A DNA stretch of 64,000 nucleotides from Ramazzottius varieornatus (taxonomy: Eukaryota; Animalia; Tardigrada), in the NCBI GenBank assembly GCA_001949185.1, contig BDGG01000002.1, forward strand, positions 3,097,826-3,161,825, given 5' to 3'. The notes below the pieces were generated by a model. That model did not search any database. It was not told the origin of the DNA and saw nothing but the letters and a program-made list of their open reading frames with translations. A program made the position numbers and the translations under genes. This document shows, in pieces, positions 52,223 to 64,000 of this stretch. Numbering within the stretch: position 1 is the stretch's first letter; the number at the start of each line of letters is the position of its first letter.

Positions 52223-52696
52223 TAGACCTGGCAAAAGTGTGATTGAGTGTCGTGTGGTGTTTTTCTGTTTGGTGTTGTTTCACACCAAAACTACTTTCTC
52301 GGTGTGGTGTGAATTCAACACCACTCTTGTGGTGCACTACACCACACCAAACCGAAAAAAACCGAAAATGCGAAATGTGTACGTGGTAACCGCTAGAAAG
52401 CAAAATCTGGCGTGACCAAGATGTACAAATAGAAACGAAATGATGAAGCTAATGCACACGACGAAGCAAAACCTGACGTCAACATGCATAAAATCTACTG
52501 GTCTTGCAGGTTCTCCATGCACGTGTGACCGATAGGGTGCACCATGCTTCGCCTTAGCCCATCATCATTCTATGAAGTGGTGCACCAAAAGTTTTTCGGT
52601 TTGTTGTGATGTAGTGTCCTCGGACATCGAAACCGAAAAGTGTGATTTTTTTGGGGTCTGAGTTTTTTGGGGTAAATCACAGAATTGTCAGGTCTA
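52223..52696. mobile_element. hAT-type MITE with CACACC repeats, copy 2 (opposite orientation to 11058-11594)
   Basis: TAGACCTG ... CAGGTCTA termini. The left end TAGACCTGGCAAAAGTGTGATTGAGTGT matches the reverse complement of the right end of copy 1. Flanks CAGACTGA / CCGACTCA match 6/8. Confidence 0.8.
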
Positions 52697-53498
52697 CCGA
52701 CTCAATTTGATCACTGCGTCAAAAGACGAGCGACAATAACCGCTGTTCCACGGACTGTTCGGTTTGTTCTGCGCGTTGAGGGGGTTGCGTCAAAGCTTGC
52801 CTAGACTGATAAATTTCACGCATACTCTTGATCAGTCAACTTTCTGCTGTGAGCTGATTACTAGGTTGATTGAGGGCTCGTTCTCTCCATAAAATACACT
52901 TTGGCGCACCATCACTGACAAAAACATCTCACGATCGCGGTGAGATGATGGGTTATTCAGACCAAATGGCTGAATGGCACTTGAAATTAGAAGCTCGACA
53001 GGCCATTCGCCCGAAAAGTGCAACGGGCGAAGCGCATTGCCGAACTTTTGCACCACGCCCATTTCGTTTTGCAGTGTCACGTCAAGGCTTTTCGAAAGAT
53101 TCTTAGCCCGCACAAATCAAGAATATCAAAGAACAGACCTTTGTGATCTAGCCAATTTACCGAAACGGAACCAGTGGATGTCGTAAATTAACACTGTGTT
53201 TTAACAGATCTCAAGCCAGCGGACTGTACAGTTTCTCGATGATGGGCACTGGTCCTTACGGAAAACTCTTATCGTTCAAGTTTGTGAAGATTTTTATTGG
53301 TTGCGGTTGAACGTGCTGGCGCTTTCGATGTGTGCGAGGAAAGTGATCCGTCTCATGCACAAAAAGAAATTCGCGGGGCACCCTAACGAGTACTGTTGCC
53401 GCCGAGGGAGGCTAAAAGGGAAGGAAACGGGAACTGGGATGATGGCAGCGCGTATCCCAAGTTCCCAACCATTAAATTGCTCCCTGTTGACTGAGAAT

Positions 53499-53912
53499 TA
53501 GAGCCCTGCAGCAGTAGCTGAGACCCACGCTGCTTCTGCACTGCATCCGGTTTCCAGAATCTGCAACTGCACTGCATCTGAATTCTTTGGCTGTCTTCCA
53601 AACTGCAACTGTACTGCACTGCGTTTAAAAATTCAGAATTTCTGCATGTCAACGGAAATACATGTCAAGTAGATCGTGAACGTGGATGTTTTACGGTGAT
53701 TTAAACGAGAAATGGTACAGTCCGACCAGATACATTTGATTTTTCTAATGTTTTTGGGGCAACAACAGTATACTGCGGCGAATGGTGCTCCCTTTTTCAA
53801 AACTGCAACTGCACTGCAACTGCATTTTCTCACCATTTCGGCGACTGCAACTGCACTGCATTGCAGTAAAATGCAGTGCAATACAGAACTTACTGCATGT
53901 TGCAGGGCTCTA
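53499..53912. mobile_element. hAT-type MITE with ACTGCA subterminal repeats
   Basis: Perfect 12-bp TIR TAGAGCCCTGCA / TGCAGGGCTCTA; flanks CTGAGAAT (53491-53498) and CTCAGAAT (53913-53920). Confidence 0.88.
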
Positions 53913-56406
53913 CTCAGAATACAATGCTATATAGCCTTATCTCCTTCTTTTGTGACCTACTTTCTCTTCTCCTCAGTCACATTCCATTCACAAGCTTATC
54001 TCCACTAATGTTGTACTTTGCCCTTCACTGGGCAAAGTTCAGCAGAGGGGTCCAAACACAAACTTACGAACAAAACCAGCTCCGCAATGACAGCTCGTGC
54101 CATGTTAGGCGACATGTTAGACCACCTGAAGTGGTTTGACATGGGATAACATGGGGTATCAAGTCGCATGCAAGGTTGTATTACTAAACTCTGCGAGCAT
54201 TACGTAGTAGCCTCACACTGTATCGGCGGCAACAAAACGATGACGGGCACATTATCAACATTACAGTAACAGGTACAGACATTAACTCACTCTGGCCTCG
54301 GGGACCATGACATACAGTATCAGGCAGTGTACTACTGTGCGACGAAGAACCAGGCGTTCTGATGGCCGCCGTCTGCATCTGTCTTAAGCCTTAATGCTAT
54401 ACACTGATGGTTCTCTTATTTAAGTACGTGCCAAGCGGTTTTCTGCGTGCTGAAGCAAGTAGTAGGGTCATCACAACATCACATGGCGACTCACCGTGTT
54501 GTGGAGCGGTATTTCTGGATTTTTTTTCTACGTTTGTTTGAATCTCCAAATTAAACTCCAAGTTCACCGCGCACACCCGGTTGCGCGATGGTGCCGCAGA
54601 CATAATAGAGAAGTAAGGATTACTACTGTACTCGTACCTTTTTTGCGGTCTTTCACATTAGGTTGATCTATCCATGTCGGTCATCTCAGCGCTGAACTGC
54701 ATCAGCGGAAATCTGGAATCCATGTCTCGTTAAGCAGGCTCCAATATCTAGCCCAGCTATAACGGGAAACCTGACCCTGTGGATTCGGGAAATAAATGCA
54801 ATGGATCAAGAACGGAATACAATGAATTTTTCGGTTTTGTATTCCGCTCGGAAAAGGCCAGTTTTATACTTCCTTTGTATTCCGCAAGTCACGTGATTTT
54901 GCCGACGTCGTACGTTTTGTTGTAGGACTTTCTTTGTATCACGAGTGTTTGTTTCGCCACTGTACTGTACATGTATTCGAAATGGCAGTTTGTACTTGGA
55001 CGTCAAACCTTCTGTCTCAACAGGATACGTGGAGTGTTCGGAAGCGGGGGACCATGTGACGGTTCGTGGGCAGCCGAAGAGGATGATTAAGTGAGAGATC
55101 GGCAAGAGCGGAAGTCTGGCTAGAGCCGGCGAGCTGCTTCGGCGAGGAGGTGCGAAGCAGAAGGAGGAGGAAAAAGCAGAGCGGATAAGGTGCGCAGAAG
55201 AAGAAGATGCCGCACATTAGCGCCCTGAACAGATAAACAACGACGAAGCGACAAACTTCATGGACTCCAGCGACCATGAATCAATTGACGAGCGTGAGAA
55301 TCATCAGAGAAGTAAGTGGTGGGATCTTCCGGTTCGTTTCTAACTTGTTAGTCCCTTTACCTCTTGCGGATTTAGATTATGTCGACGAATTTGTCTTCGG
55401 TTGTTGTCTTTTGTGATCTGTTAACTTTTCACCTAATTATACCCTTCTCAGTTTTGCTTCAGTTCTCAATGCTCCCCACCAAGAGATGTCCGCAGCTTTT
55501 CTTCTTTTCGGCCCCAAGTTTTTCAAGTCTTTTGTGAGATGTTCTGGTGCCCAGGTAGCACAGTCCAAGTTATTTTGTGGCAATTCTAACCTTGTTTCAA
55601 GTAGCTTTGCGCTCGTCTTTCTCCCAGCACAATAAAACACTCGTTTTTCCAATACAAACCTGACGCTTCAGCGAAGTACAAATCTAGCTAGCAACCTAGA
55701 TCGAGAATGGAATACAGACAGGAAGCAAGTGCCGATACAGACAGACAAATACAGACAGACAGATCAGTAATCGGAAAGCAGCAACGTATACATTCTAAAA
55801 GAAGTGGAGAAAACTGTCATGAATGAAATACAGACGTTGTATCCTGTTTGCGATCGTCTTTGTGTTCCGTCAGCGATCCACAACGGAATGCAAAATTGGT
55901 CCGTTGTATTCCTTCCCGGCTCGTTCTCCATAAGCTCTATACCCCAAACGATACAGCAGTTAGACATGAAAACAGCCGGCCACCGAGATAAGTTGTACGT
56001 CCGAAACGGATTCCTGAACGCCAGTAAAGCATTCGGGAAGAATGGCTGACATGCCGTACGATCCTAATCCGAAGACGTAAAGTTCTTTGGTTGGAACTTT
56101 TGATTGAGCGCAAGACGATTAGCTGATCGGGTCAGTGGCGTGATAACAGGTCGCGTCCTGTTATCTTCGCGATTCGGGCCATGGATATCGTACATGCTAG
56201 GAAGCGGAGGAGGAACCAACGCAAGGTTGACCTCCTAGGACCTTCTAGAGAGGTGGTGGTCCGGCCGCTCAATGCTATATTAAAACAACCTCTCGCAACT
56301 TTCACCATGTTCGCTTCGGAGAATGTCCTAAAGACCTATTTCGGCTCTGTGGGCTGTTCTTGCAGTATTACGAATGTGATCGTTGGTCTTGCCCAGTTTT
56401 TCTGTA

Positions 56407-56694
56407 CAGGAGGAGTAAGCATATGTGACCCAGTGAGGAAATGTGTGACCCAGTAGTCTCAGACGGCGCATCCATGGAAAAGCATGAGACACTCGTCATT
56501 AAGATAAGGCCTATGACGTAGAGAATTACAGTGTTGTCTATCTTACATAAAAAGTGTTTCTGTTAACGTATTGCATACTTGATACNNNNNNNNNNNNNNN
56601 NNNNNNNNNNNNNNNNNNNNNNNNNNNNNNNNNNNACCGTCTGAGATACTGGGTCCACATTTCCTCACTGGGTCACACATGCTTACTCCTCCCG
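56407..56694. mobile_element. TA-flanked TIR element spanning the assembly gap
   Basis: TA|CAGGAGGAGTAAGCATATGTGACCCAGTGAGGAAATGTGTGACCCAGTAGTCTCAGACGG is mirrored by CCGTCTGAGATACTGGGTCCACATTTCCTCACTGGGTCACACATGCTTACTCCTCCCG|TA; N-gap inside. Confidence 0.85.
56586..56635. other. Assembly gap (50 N)
   Basis: Run of n bases. Confidence 1.
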
Positions 56695-56696
56695 TA

Positions 56697-56900
56697 CTGT
56701 ATTCCTCGAAAGTTCTGCGAATCACGTGACTGTCGTGGTAAATATCATCCGGCGGAGAACAGAAAGTATCTGTACCTTCAATCAAAGACTGCTCCCCAGT
56801 CAGAAGTAATGACGGGCGACAATCAAACAATCAGGGATACCAGTGCGGGTGTAGTTACTTCCATGATGACGTAATTCGCAGAACTATCGAGAGAATACAG
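56697..56900. mobile_element. MITE abutting the previous element at a shared TA
   Basis: TA|CTGTATTCCTCGAAAGTTCTGCGAATCACGT is mirrored by ACGTAATTCGCAGAACTATCGAGAGAATACAG. Confidence 0.75.
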
Positions 56901-57734
56901 TGAATGTCGGCTATATTTTTATTCTAAGCGTCGTACTCAAGATGAAAAGCTCCCAAGACCAGAAGAGAAGAAAGTTGTTAGAAAACCCAAAGACAGAATA
57001 CACCACGTCCAACTGACCTATAATTATTTTATCATTTTATTTCTTGTTTCACAATTTCCGCTTTAGTAAAGTGTGACGTCATCTGATCCCATGGGCGTGT
57101 CGATGCTCGCTTGGCTGTCCTCCAATCACGTCCAGACGCTTTTGTAATTACTGCTTTATACACATTTGCCACCATACTGGACTCACCCTGACGTCGCACA
57201 GAACCTACTGCGTCGAGTGAGAATAAATTTAGAATAAAACAAAAACGAAATTTTATTTTTTCTCTACGCTGTTTGTTCCACTTCTCTAAGGGGTAGGGAT
57301 GAACCTTTCGCCTGCATGGTTCTGGTAATTTCTGGACCGTTCACAGCAACTGAAGATACTCCATAACAGCAACGGCATTCGAGAAATATTAACAAAAATC
57401 CTTAAAACTACAATTTGGAGGTTCCACTTACACAAGATGTGACTCGTGATCAAAACAATACTTCGTGGTAACTCAGTACATTTGCTCACTTGTCACATTA
57501 GCCGATAGTGGCGCACTTCTTTTCAAGGCCACCTTGATTACAGAAAAACTCAGTAAGAGCTTGACAACTTCGAATTCTTGCTGTCTGTACTTTGAATTCT
57601 CTTCAGTTGGGCTTGTTCTCGGGAGCACTTGACCATGATTTGTTCAGAAGGGCATCGGCGCTTAGGTACGTGCATGTAGGGCTTGCAGAAGTCTCGCATG
57701 CCAGAGGCTGTATTTATTCACGTTTATCATACCA

Positions 57735-60155
57735 ATGCGTCCCAAAGGCTACTGGCTTTTGCTCGGGGAGGTATCGTCCTGTGTTGATTTCATAATACTA
57801 ATCACGACGCACGACAGCCAATATGGTCAGATTATGCACTCATGGTTAGAAAACACAAGTATGGACGACTCTAGACATTTGGCGGACGATATCTGGTTGT
57901 TGTATCCTCCGACAACTCCGAGTTATATTTCTCAAACATATTTGCTATCAGACAGCGCCCTACCCGGTTACATTGAAGGGACTCAAACGGTTGAGGTCTC
58001 CAGATTGTTTAGTCAACTGGCACAAGCGCAGCCGGAATGTTTTACCGTTATTCTGGACTTTGCTTTAGGTACAGTAATCCAGCTTGCATCGCGTTTGAAC
58101 TATCTGGTCGGTCAAAAATATCAAGTGGCAAATTTTGTTCTAGCAGCCCGATCGCGATCCAGCTTCCTAACGCTTTGCGACCTTGCGCGAGGTAGACACG
58201 CATCTCTTTTGTGATAAATAATTACGGACCCAGATATAGTTTCTATTTCCTGATTCCTTTTGTAATTTCGGTGGGTTTTTCTTGCAGAGTTCCAGGTACC
58301 GGTGTTCACCAGGTAAACGAAGTGTTTGGCCATCAGTTGGATCAGCTGTTTGTATCCACGAAGTTCCTTTCCTTTCGCTCATGCAGGGTCCCTTGGTTCA
58401 TCGAAAGCGAAACCCATCGCTACCCCACAATTCTTCCTTTGCTCGGAAGCTTGCTCCGTAACCACGCCTCGGCAATACAGGCCTTGGAAAGCCGTTGCGG
58501 TTGCGATCGGATTGTCTTTGGGTTCGACATCACCGACAAAGAGACGGTGGAGATATTCCATCAGATATTGCCACTTTCGCACAAACGTTAACTCAAAGTG
58601 GTGCACTGAAAACGTTTCCGGACATTCAGCTTCTTAAGGTGGAATTCAACAGATCAGATGCCAGTTCCGTGATACAGGCGACTACGCAGTGCCGCACACC
58701 GAGAACAGCCACGATCTTAACCTACGAAGCGCAAGCCTTCCATACCTTCTTTGTAAGACAAGCGTCTCACTACTTTATGATAACTTTTATAAACGTTACC
58801 CATGCGGACTGCAGACAACTGTGAATCGCTTGATAATACCAGCGGGCTGTGTCAGTACTTCGGTCCCGATCCAACCATATGGTTCATATCTGAGTCAATG
58901 TCTGACTTGGATTGGTGCTCGTACATATCCTTCCTCCCGTAGCCTTCCAACAGTAGAAGGTTGAGTGCATTCGTTTCAGCTCTTCGTGGTCATCGTACTG
59001 GACCCTAATGAGAAAGGCCACTTATTGGGAAAATCAAGCGTATGTTACTCCGTCTGACCATTTTAAGAGCAGTGAAGCCATACGGAATTCTGGTTCAGGA
59101 GATCGCTGACCTGAAGCGCGTACTTCCGCACATTCTGTTCCTGTCGTCGACGTCATCGCCGTTGCTGCAGATTGTCCAGCTCACCATGCAGGTACTGTTG
59201 CGCCCAGTGACTCCAGTCAGTATCTGTTTCAAGCCTATGGAGCCGTGAGCCGCTATACCGTCTGGTTGCATTCTTTGTCGCGAATTTTGTAAAGTGCTCA
59301 ACAGCTCGAAGACTCCGTCCAGTGGCTGGAGTGGGAGGCGGTTTGCGGATGCATACCACCTACTGCTCGGCAGCCCAGACTTCTCAAATACCAGAAGTAA
59401 AGATTTACCACTTGAAGACTTCGAGATCTATCAGTACGAAAATTCGAGTGCGACTTTCGAGGTACAGTCCATTACGCGTAGACTAATACTTTGGTACGGC
59501 TGAGAGAGTTTGGCGTCTTTGTTTCTCTAGACTGTTGCGTGGTTCGATGCCAGGAACCTGACGTGGTACAACAGCACTAGCTGGTCGGACAGCAGATTTT
59601 GTGGTGCAGACAGTTTTCCGCCCAAACCTCCACACCACCACACCTTCCCTGCTAGCGTTGTTGACGGTATACTCAACTGTCAACATGTTTTCGAAATACC
59701 TGGAGCAAGCTTCGTGTTGGTTTAGGTACGCCGCCTATCTGTTATGCACCTGCGACCGCTGGTTTGGTCACTGTTCTCCTCCTTCTCTCTGTACTTGGGT
59801 GGTACGCGGTATCGCGGTAAGGCACCGTGCTGAAGTTCTTGCCATCCAGCTAGCCGCAAACTTTAGAGCTTTACGACACTCGCTCCGTTCTAGGCTACAA
59901 CAGAAGAAGCGGCGCATAGGATTCAACAATAGATGGTGGCTCATGAACGGCAAGCGTCTGGTTTTTGCGAAGAATATTCAAGTGGCACGACGAAGATCGG
60001 TCTACGTTCAAGAGAAGTTTGGTCCTCAGTGTGTGGTAAAATCATACACAAGCTTCGGCAGTCTGAACAATATTTCTGTATACACGAAGGAGGCTCTTCC
60101 GCCCAGCATCCTAATTCATAAGACACCTGTGGTCCGCAGAAGATCTGTAGCGTGA
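57735..60155 (+). pseudogene. Natriuretic-peptide-receptor-like (ANF_receptor ectodomain, single TM) gene with a frameshift
   Basis: Spliced fragments LCDLAR^EFQVPVFT, HRYPTILPL and KVEFNRSDASSVIQATTQCR parallel the neighbouring gene (RFPTLLP, QFDSSKPATIIPVLERCR). TM-like ATAGLVTVLLLLSVLGW at ~59750-59800 is followed by RRIGFNNRWWLM. There is a frameshift near 58565. Start and end are approximate. Confidence 0.55.
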
Positions 60156-60642
60156 CTTGGATGGGTTCTCTGTATGGCTCGTAAAAATTCCGCGTGCAAA
60201 TGAAAGTCTTTTACTGGTACTACGGGCTTTCAATACCCGTGTTTTCCCGGTCGCTTCTACTTTCAGTCCAGAATTGGAGCTTCCTGGAGCAGTGAAATCC
60301 CCTTTCACTCATAATAGCTCAAGCGTAAGACGATTCCGTAGTGACTATCATGCACCGACGCATCTGGGCTTTGACCTCCGTAACAACATGCCAATGACTA
60401 CGAAGCTCTTTTAGAGCTCCACCTCGACAATCCTATTTCAAAATCAAGCTACCAATGATCTAGCAGTTGTCTACGTGTACTAGGTGCAGCCTAAATGACG
60501 CCGATGGAGCTGATAAGCGCAACGACATGCTGTGCAGCATCTCAGGAAACGTATCTGGGGACTTCGGCGATGTAGCTCTGCACTCCACTTATCGAAGTGC
60601 CAGAACGACTTTGAATCGTAGAAGTTCAGCTGGAGATTTATC

Positions 60643-63210
60643 ATGAGATCAATTACTCTTATACTTTTGTGCTTCAAATTTGCAGTTACTCAGCCTGTTA
60701 ATATTCGTTTTATTGCTATGTACGCCGGCGGTGGGAGTTCGAACGTCGGTTATGAAATGTATGGATCCGCTTACCACGTTGCCATTGAAGACTCACGACT
60801 TTTGTACCCTCGCGTTTATCAAAACTATTCGCTGACTCGGTACTTCGTACCAGGCAACTTCACCTGTGCTGATGCTGCGGCGCAGACAACAGTCGGCCTG
60901 GGAACTCTTTATGGTGACCCCGGCTCGTCGACCAAAAGTTCCGGAGACGAGTTCCTTATTGTCTTGTCTCCTGGTACGACAAAATTCACCACAAGTACCC
61001 TGCCTGATTATGGGCACGGAAAAAAATTTTGGCGCCTGCCGAAAGCGGTTGCACTTCAATTGATTGGTCGTTTCAGCTGTCCCCTGCCGCTTTCCGCCGG
61101 TAAATTTTGTCCATGTCCATAATTGGGCAAAGTGCGCGTACCTTTATTCATCCCATGCGCGTCCATTTACCGTATTAGTTATTCAGCATGAAATCCACAC
61201 ACGGCCAGAGCAACACCAGCTCTATGGGAGATAAAAATAGGGGCTAGTCAACAATCAAAACTCTACAGTTTCGTTTCGATTGATACGGTCTGAAGCGGCC
61301 ATCAGACTTTGTGATCACGCACTCTTGCAGTTCTACCGTGACGTCATCGCTCCCGGTGGGCGCCGTTAATCTAATCAGATTTGAGACCATGTTTCGACAT
61401 TTCCGATAATACCGTGGTACACAGCTGAATAACTGTTACGGTAAATGAACTCTGATTCTATTGATATGTTCGTGTGTACAGAACATAGGCGCCAACTTTG
61501 TACATAACTTTCAGGATGTAGCTTTGAAACGGTTGTCGTGGGCGATTTTGCGCGAGGTATAGTACTAAAACATTGGGTTTCGGCAGCCCAATTTCCGGAA
61601 CATTGACTAATAACACGATTGTTCAGGAAACGGTTTTGAAGTTTTGGCACCCCCAGGGGCAATCTTCAACTGCTAATGCGATCTAGTATAATAAACATCG
61701 AGCAACAAGATTTTGACATCCATTTGGCCGTCTGACCAGTGGTCAGTTAGCTACGTCGGGGAAGTCTGAAGGGGTTCGAATTCTCAACTGAAAAATTTCT
61801 GACGTCAAAATGACGTCATGTAGCATGGAAATGCGTAGGTAGTCGTTCGGGCATCAATTACCCTGAATTTTCCAGAGTGTCTCCCAAAAGGGCGAGAAGT
61901 TTTGTGAGACTTTGAACCACGGCGAGGTACGGCAAAGCTACCATCCGTTGTCCCTTCATGCTCCCTTAGACTTCACGTCAATAAAGGGTTCTTTGGAGAC
62001 AAAAACATGGTCCGAAAATTGGGCCGCCGAAACCCACACGCTTGCAGAATTAAGCAAAAAAATGCACGGCTGTGACAGCGCCATAATTTTACAGAAGCAG
62101 ACGTTCCTGTGTTCGCCAGGTGAGCGAGTAGTCCAACAAACGATATCAATTTACCTCTAGTGATTAACAGCGTTGTTTCCCTTGCTGCTCCGCATGTCAA
62201 CGTCAGATCAGCGTTACTTGATCAGACTATTGGGAAATCAGCAACTGTTTTGTCTGTTGTTCGCACAGCACTGCCTCGGTAGACATTCTAAATAACAAAC
62301 GGCGTTTCCCTACCTTACTCCCATGGGCTTCGACCTCTTTTAACAACATGGCAATGGCCGTGGCTGAACTAATGAGACATTTCCGCTGGACCACATTCAA
62401 TTTCGTTTGCGACGTCAGCAAGGCGAACCTGTTCAACTCACTCCTCTTCGAAGTATTCAGCGGGATCATGAAGCAGGTCTTCCAGACCAGAGTGAAGGAT
62501 ATCTCGATGAACTATCTTCAATTCGATTCATCAAAGCCGGCAACAATCATACCTGTACTCGAACGTTGCCGTCAAACAAGCGCAAGTATGGTCTGCTGGG
62601 AATTAAAGCCTTTCCTATCCTGCTTAACGTTAACCGATCTTCCTGTAGTAATTCTAATTGCCTTGTCGGCCGAGGTGCACTACGAGCTCGTGCTGGTTGG
62701 TGATCGACACCGTCAACAGTTTCTAGCGTATGCGGAACGCTTGAGGTAACAAGTCGTTTTTAATTTGTAGTGGAATGCAGCGAAAGCCGGGATGGTCAAT
62801 GGAGAATACGTAAGCAGGACACAGTCCCAGACGCCATATTATCAAAATGAAACATGAATTGTTGGATCAAAGAAATTATTGCTTCTTGTTTGGGCAGGTT
62901 TTCGTTCTGCTAGCCCTGAGTCGACAGCTAGACAATTGGACCACGCTGAACGATGTTAGTATCATCTTTAGATCATGTTCGTGCGATGGAAGCGTTACTG
63001 TAATCCAACAACGCCTTATTCGGGCAAGGCGAAACTGAGTCCAGCCTTTATTCTTTGCAGACCTTCTCGCGTCAAGTGTCCGAAGCCCTTTCGTACTCGT
63101 TACTTATGTCCTTTGATCACGTGAATGTGACTGCTTTCCGCCCTACCGCTGAAAAGATAAGGGCTTTCGCGTCAACAGTTTACCACTGGGCTTTGACCGA
63201 TGAAAATGAG
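60643..63210 (+). pseudogene. Natriuretic peptide receptor / receptor guanylyl cyclase-like ectodomain gene, probably incomplete
   Basis: Signal peptide plus YEMYGSAYHVAIED...FTCADAA...IVLSPG (exon to 60973), then NKRRFPTLL...AVAELMRHFRWTTFNFVCD, VVILIA and AAKAGMVNGEYVF. I could not find the short exon expected after SPG, or any TM or cyclase exons in the window. Confidence 0.65.
61574..62036. repeat. Inverted-repeat transposon relic inside the first intron of the ANF-receptor-like gene
   Basis: TGGGTTTCGGCAGCCCAATTTCCGGAACAT (61574-61603) is an inverted match to ATGGTCCGAAAATTGGGCCGCCGAAACCCA (62007-62036), with central TGACGTCA motifs. Confidence 0.55.
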
Positions 63211-64000
63211 GTCCGATCTTTCGTTAGCGTTGCTGAATTGTCTGCTCCGCACCATAGGTTCCCAGGATTGAATTTAATTTGTGCAGAAGAGGTAAGCCGG
63301 ATATACGTCATCAGTTTTCGACCAATGGGAAGAAACAAATGGATTCTTCCGGGTGTCTTGATGCAGGTCGATAGTACATGGTTCCTGAGGTGTAGGAAAA
63401 AAGAATCGAGCCGATCTGACGGTTAACTACACTTCAATGACCGGCCAAATGTTGTCGACTGGTGAAGCGTGAAATCCGTCTTACTATATGTTCACGGTGC
63501 TCGCTCGCGCACTCATAACGTAACCTCGAGAATGTAGGTAGTCGTTACTGAAGGAAAGAGTAAAGCCGCTGGAAGTGAACAAAGCTACACTGAACGCATG
63601 GTCAGCTTTGTTGGCGCATGGCAACACCTAAGCCAGTCTTTTTCTTGCACGTAGCTGTGAAAATATACGAAAGTGAACTAGTCGAAAGCTGTAAGAGCAA
63701 GCAAGATGCAAATCCAGAAGATTCTGGCAGGTTCGCTCAGATTTTCACGATGTTTGTATTCAGTCCTGGTTTGCTCGCAATGCCATAACGAGAATTCGAA
63801 TAACAACTTCTTGTTTCAAAAATTATGTTTTAATCGACTTGTGAATTTTAGTGTGTCTGGATATCAGAGAAACGGGGAATAATCTTATGTTATCATCAGA
63901 CATAATATGGAAATCCGAAACGATAAAATTCTGTAGAGATTTGTTAAGAGCTGTTTCCATAATGAAAGCGTGCTTATCAGTGAAAGCAGCGGATTTGTGA

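Noticed and set aside
55080-56100. Purine-rich coiled-coil-like fragment and a short minus-strand ORF
   Set aside because: Interrupted by stops, with no consistent splice structure or recognisable family.

Overview
Eukaryotic (metazoan) genomic DNA with short GT-AG introns and one 50-N assembly gap (56586-56635). The gene families and intron style suggest a tardigrade-like invertebrate; this is inference, not established. Genes in order: an intronless aminergic-type class A GPCR and its internally deleted tandem pseudogene; two tandem intron-containing paralogues encoding a Tc1-transposase-like bipartite HTH domain with no catalytic domain; an 8-exon family X DNA polymerase with Pol lambda architecture but Pol mu/TdT-like active-site residues; a ~21 kb AUTS2/FBRSL1/tay-like gene; a large secreted Pro/Gln/Asn-rich protein with degenerate cadherin-like repeats; a second orphan GPCR; and two decaying natriuretic-peptide-receptor-like (ANF_receptor) genes. 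Intergenic and intronic DNA holds many DNA-transposon relics: a mariner nested in a hAT element, three other hAT-type MITEs with 8-bp TSDs, a decayed pogo-like element with derived MITEs, and several TA-flanked MITEs. The best leads are the apparently domesticated transposase-HTH gene pair and the hybrid Pol lambda/mu enzyme, which share a head-to-head promoter region. No CRISPR, rRNA or tRNA was found. All family assignments come from motif recognition by eye; no searches were run.
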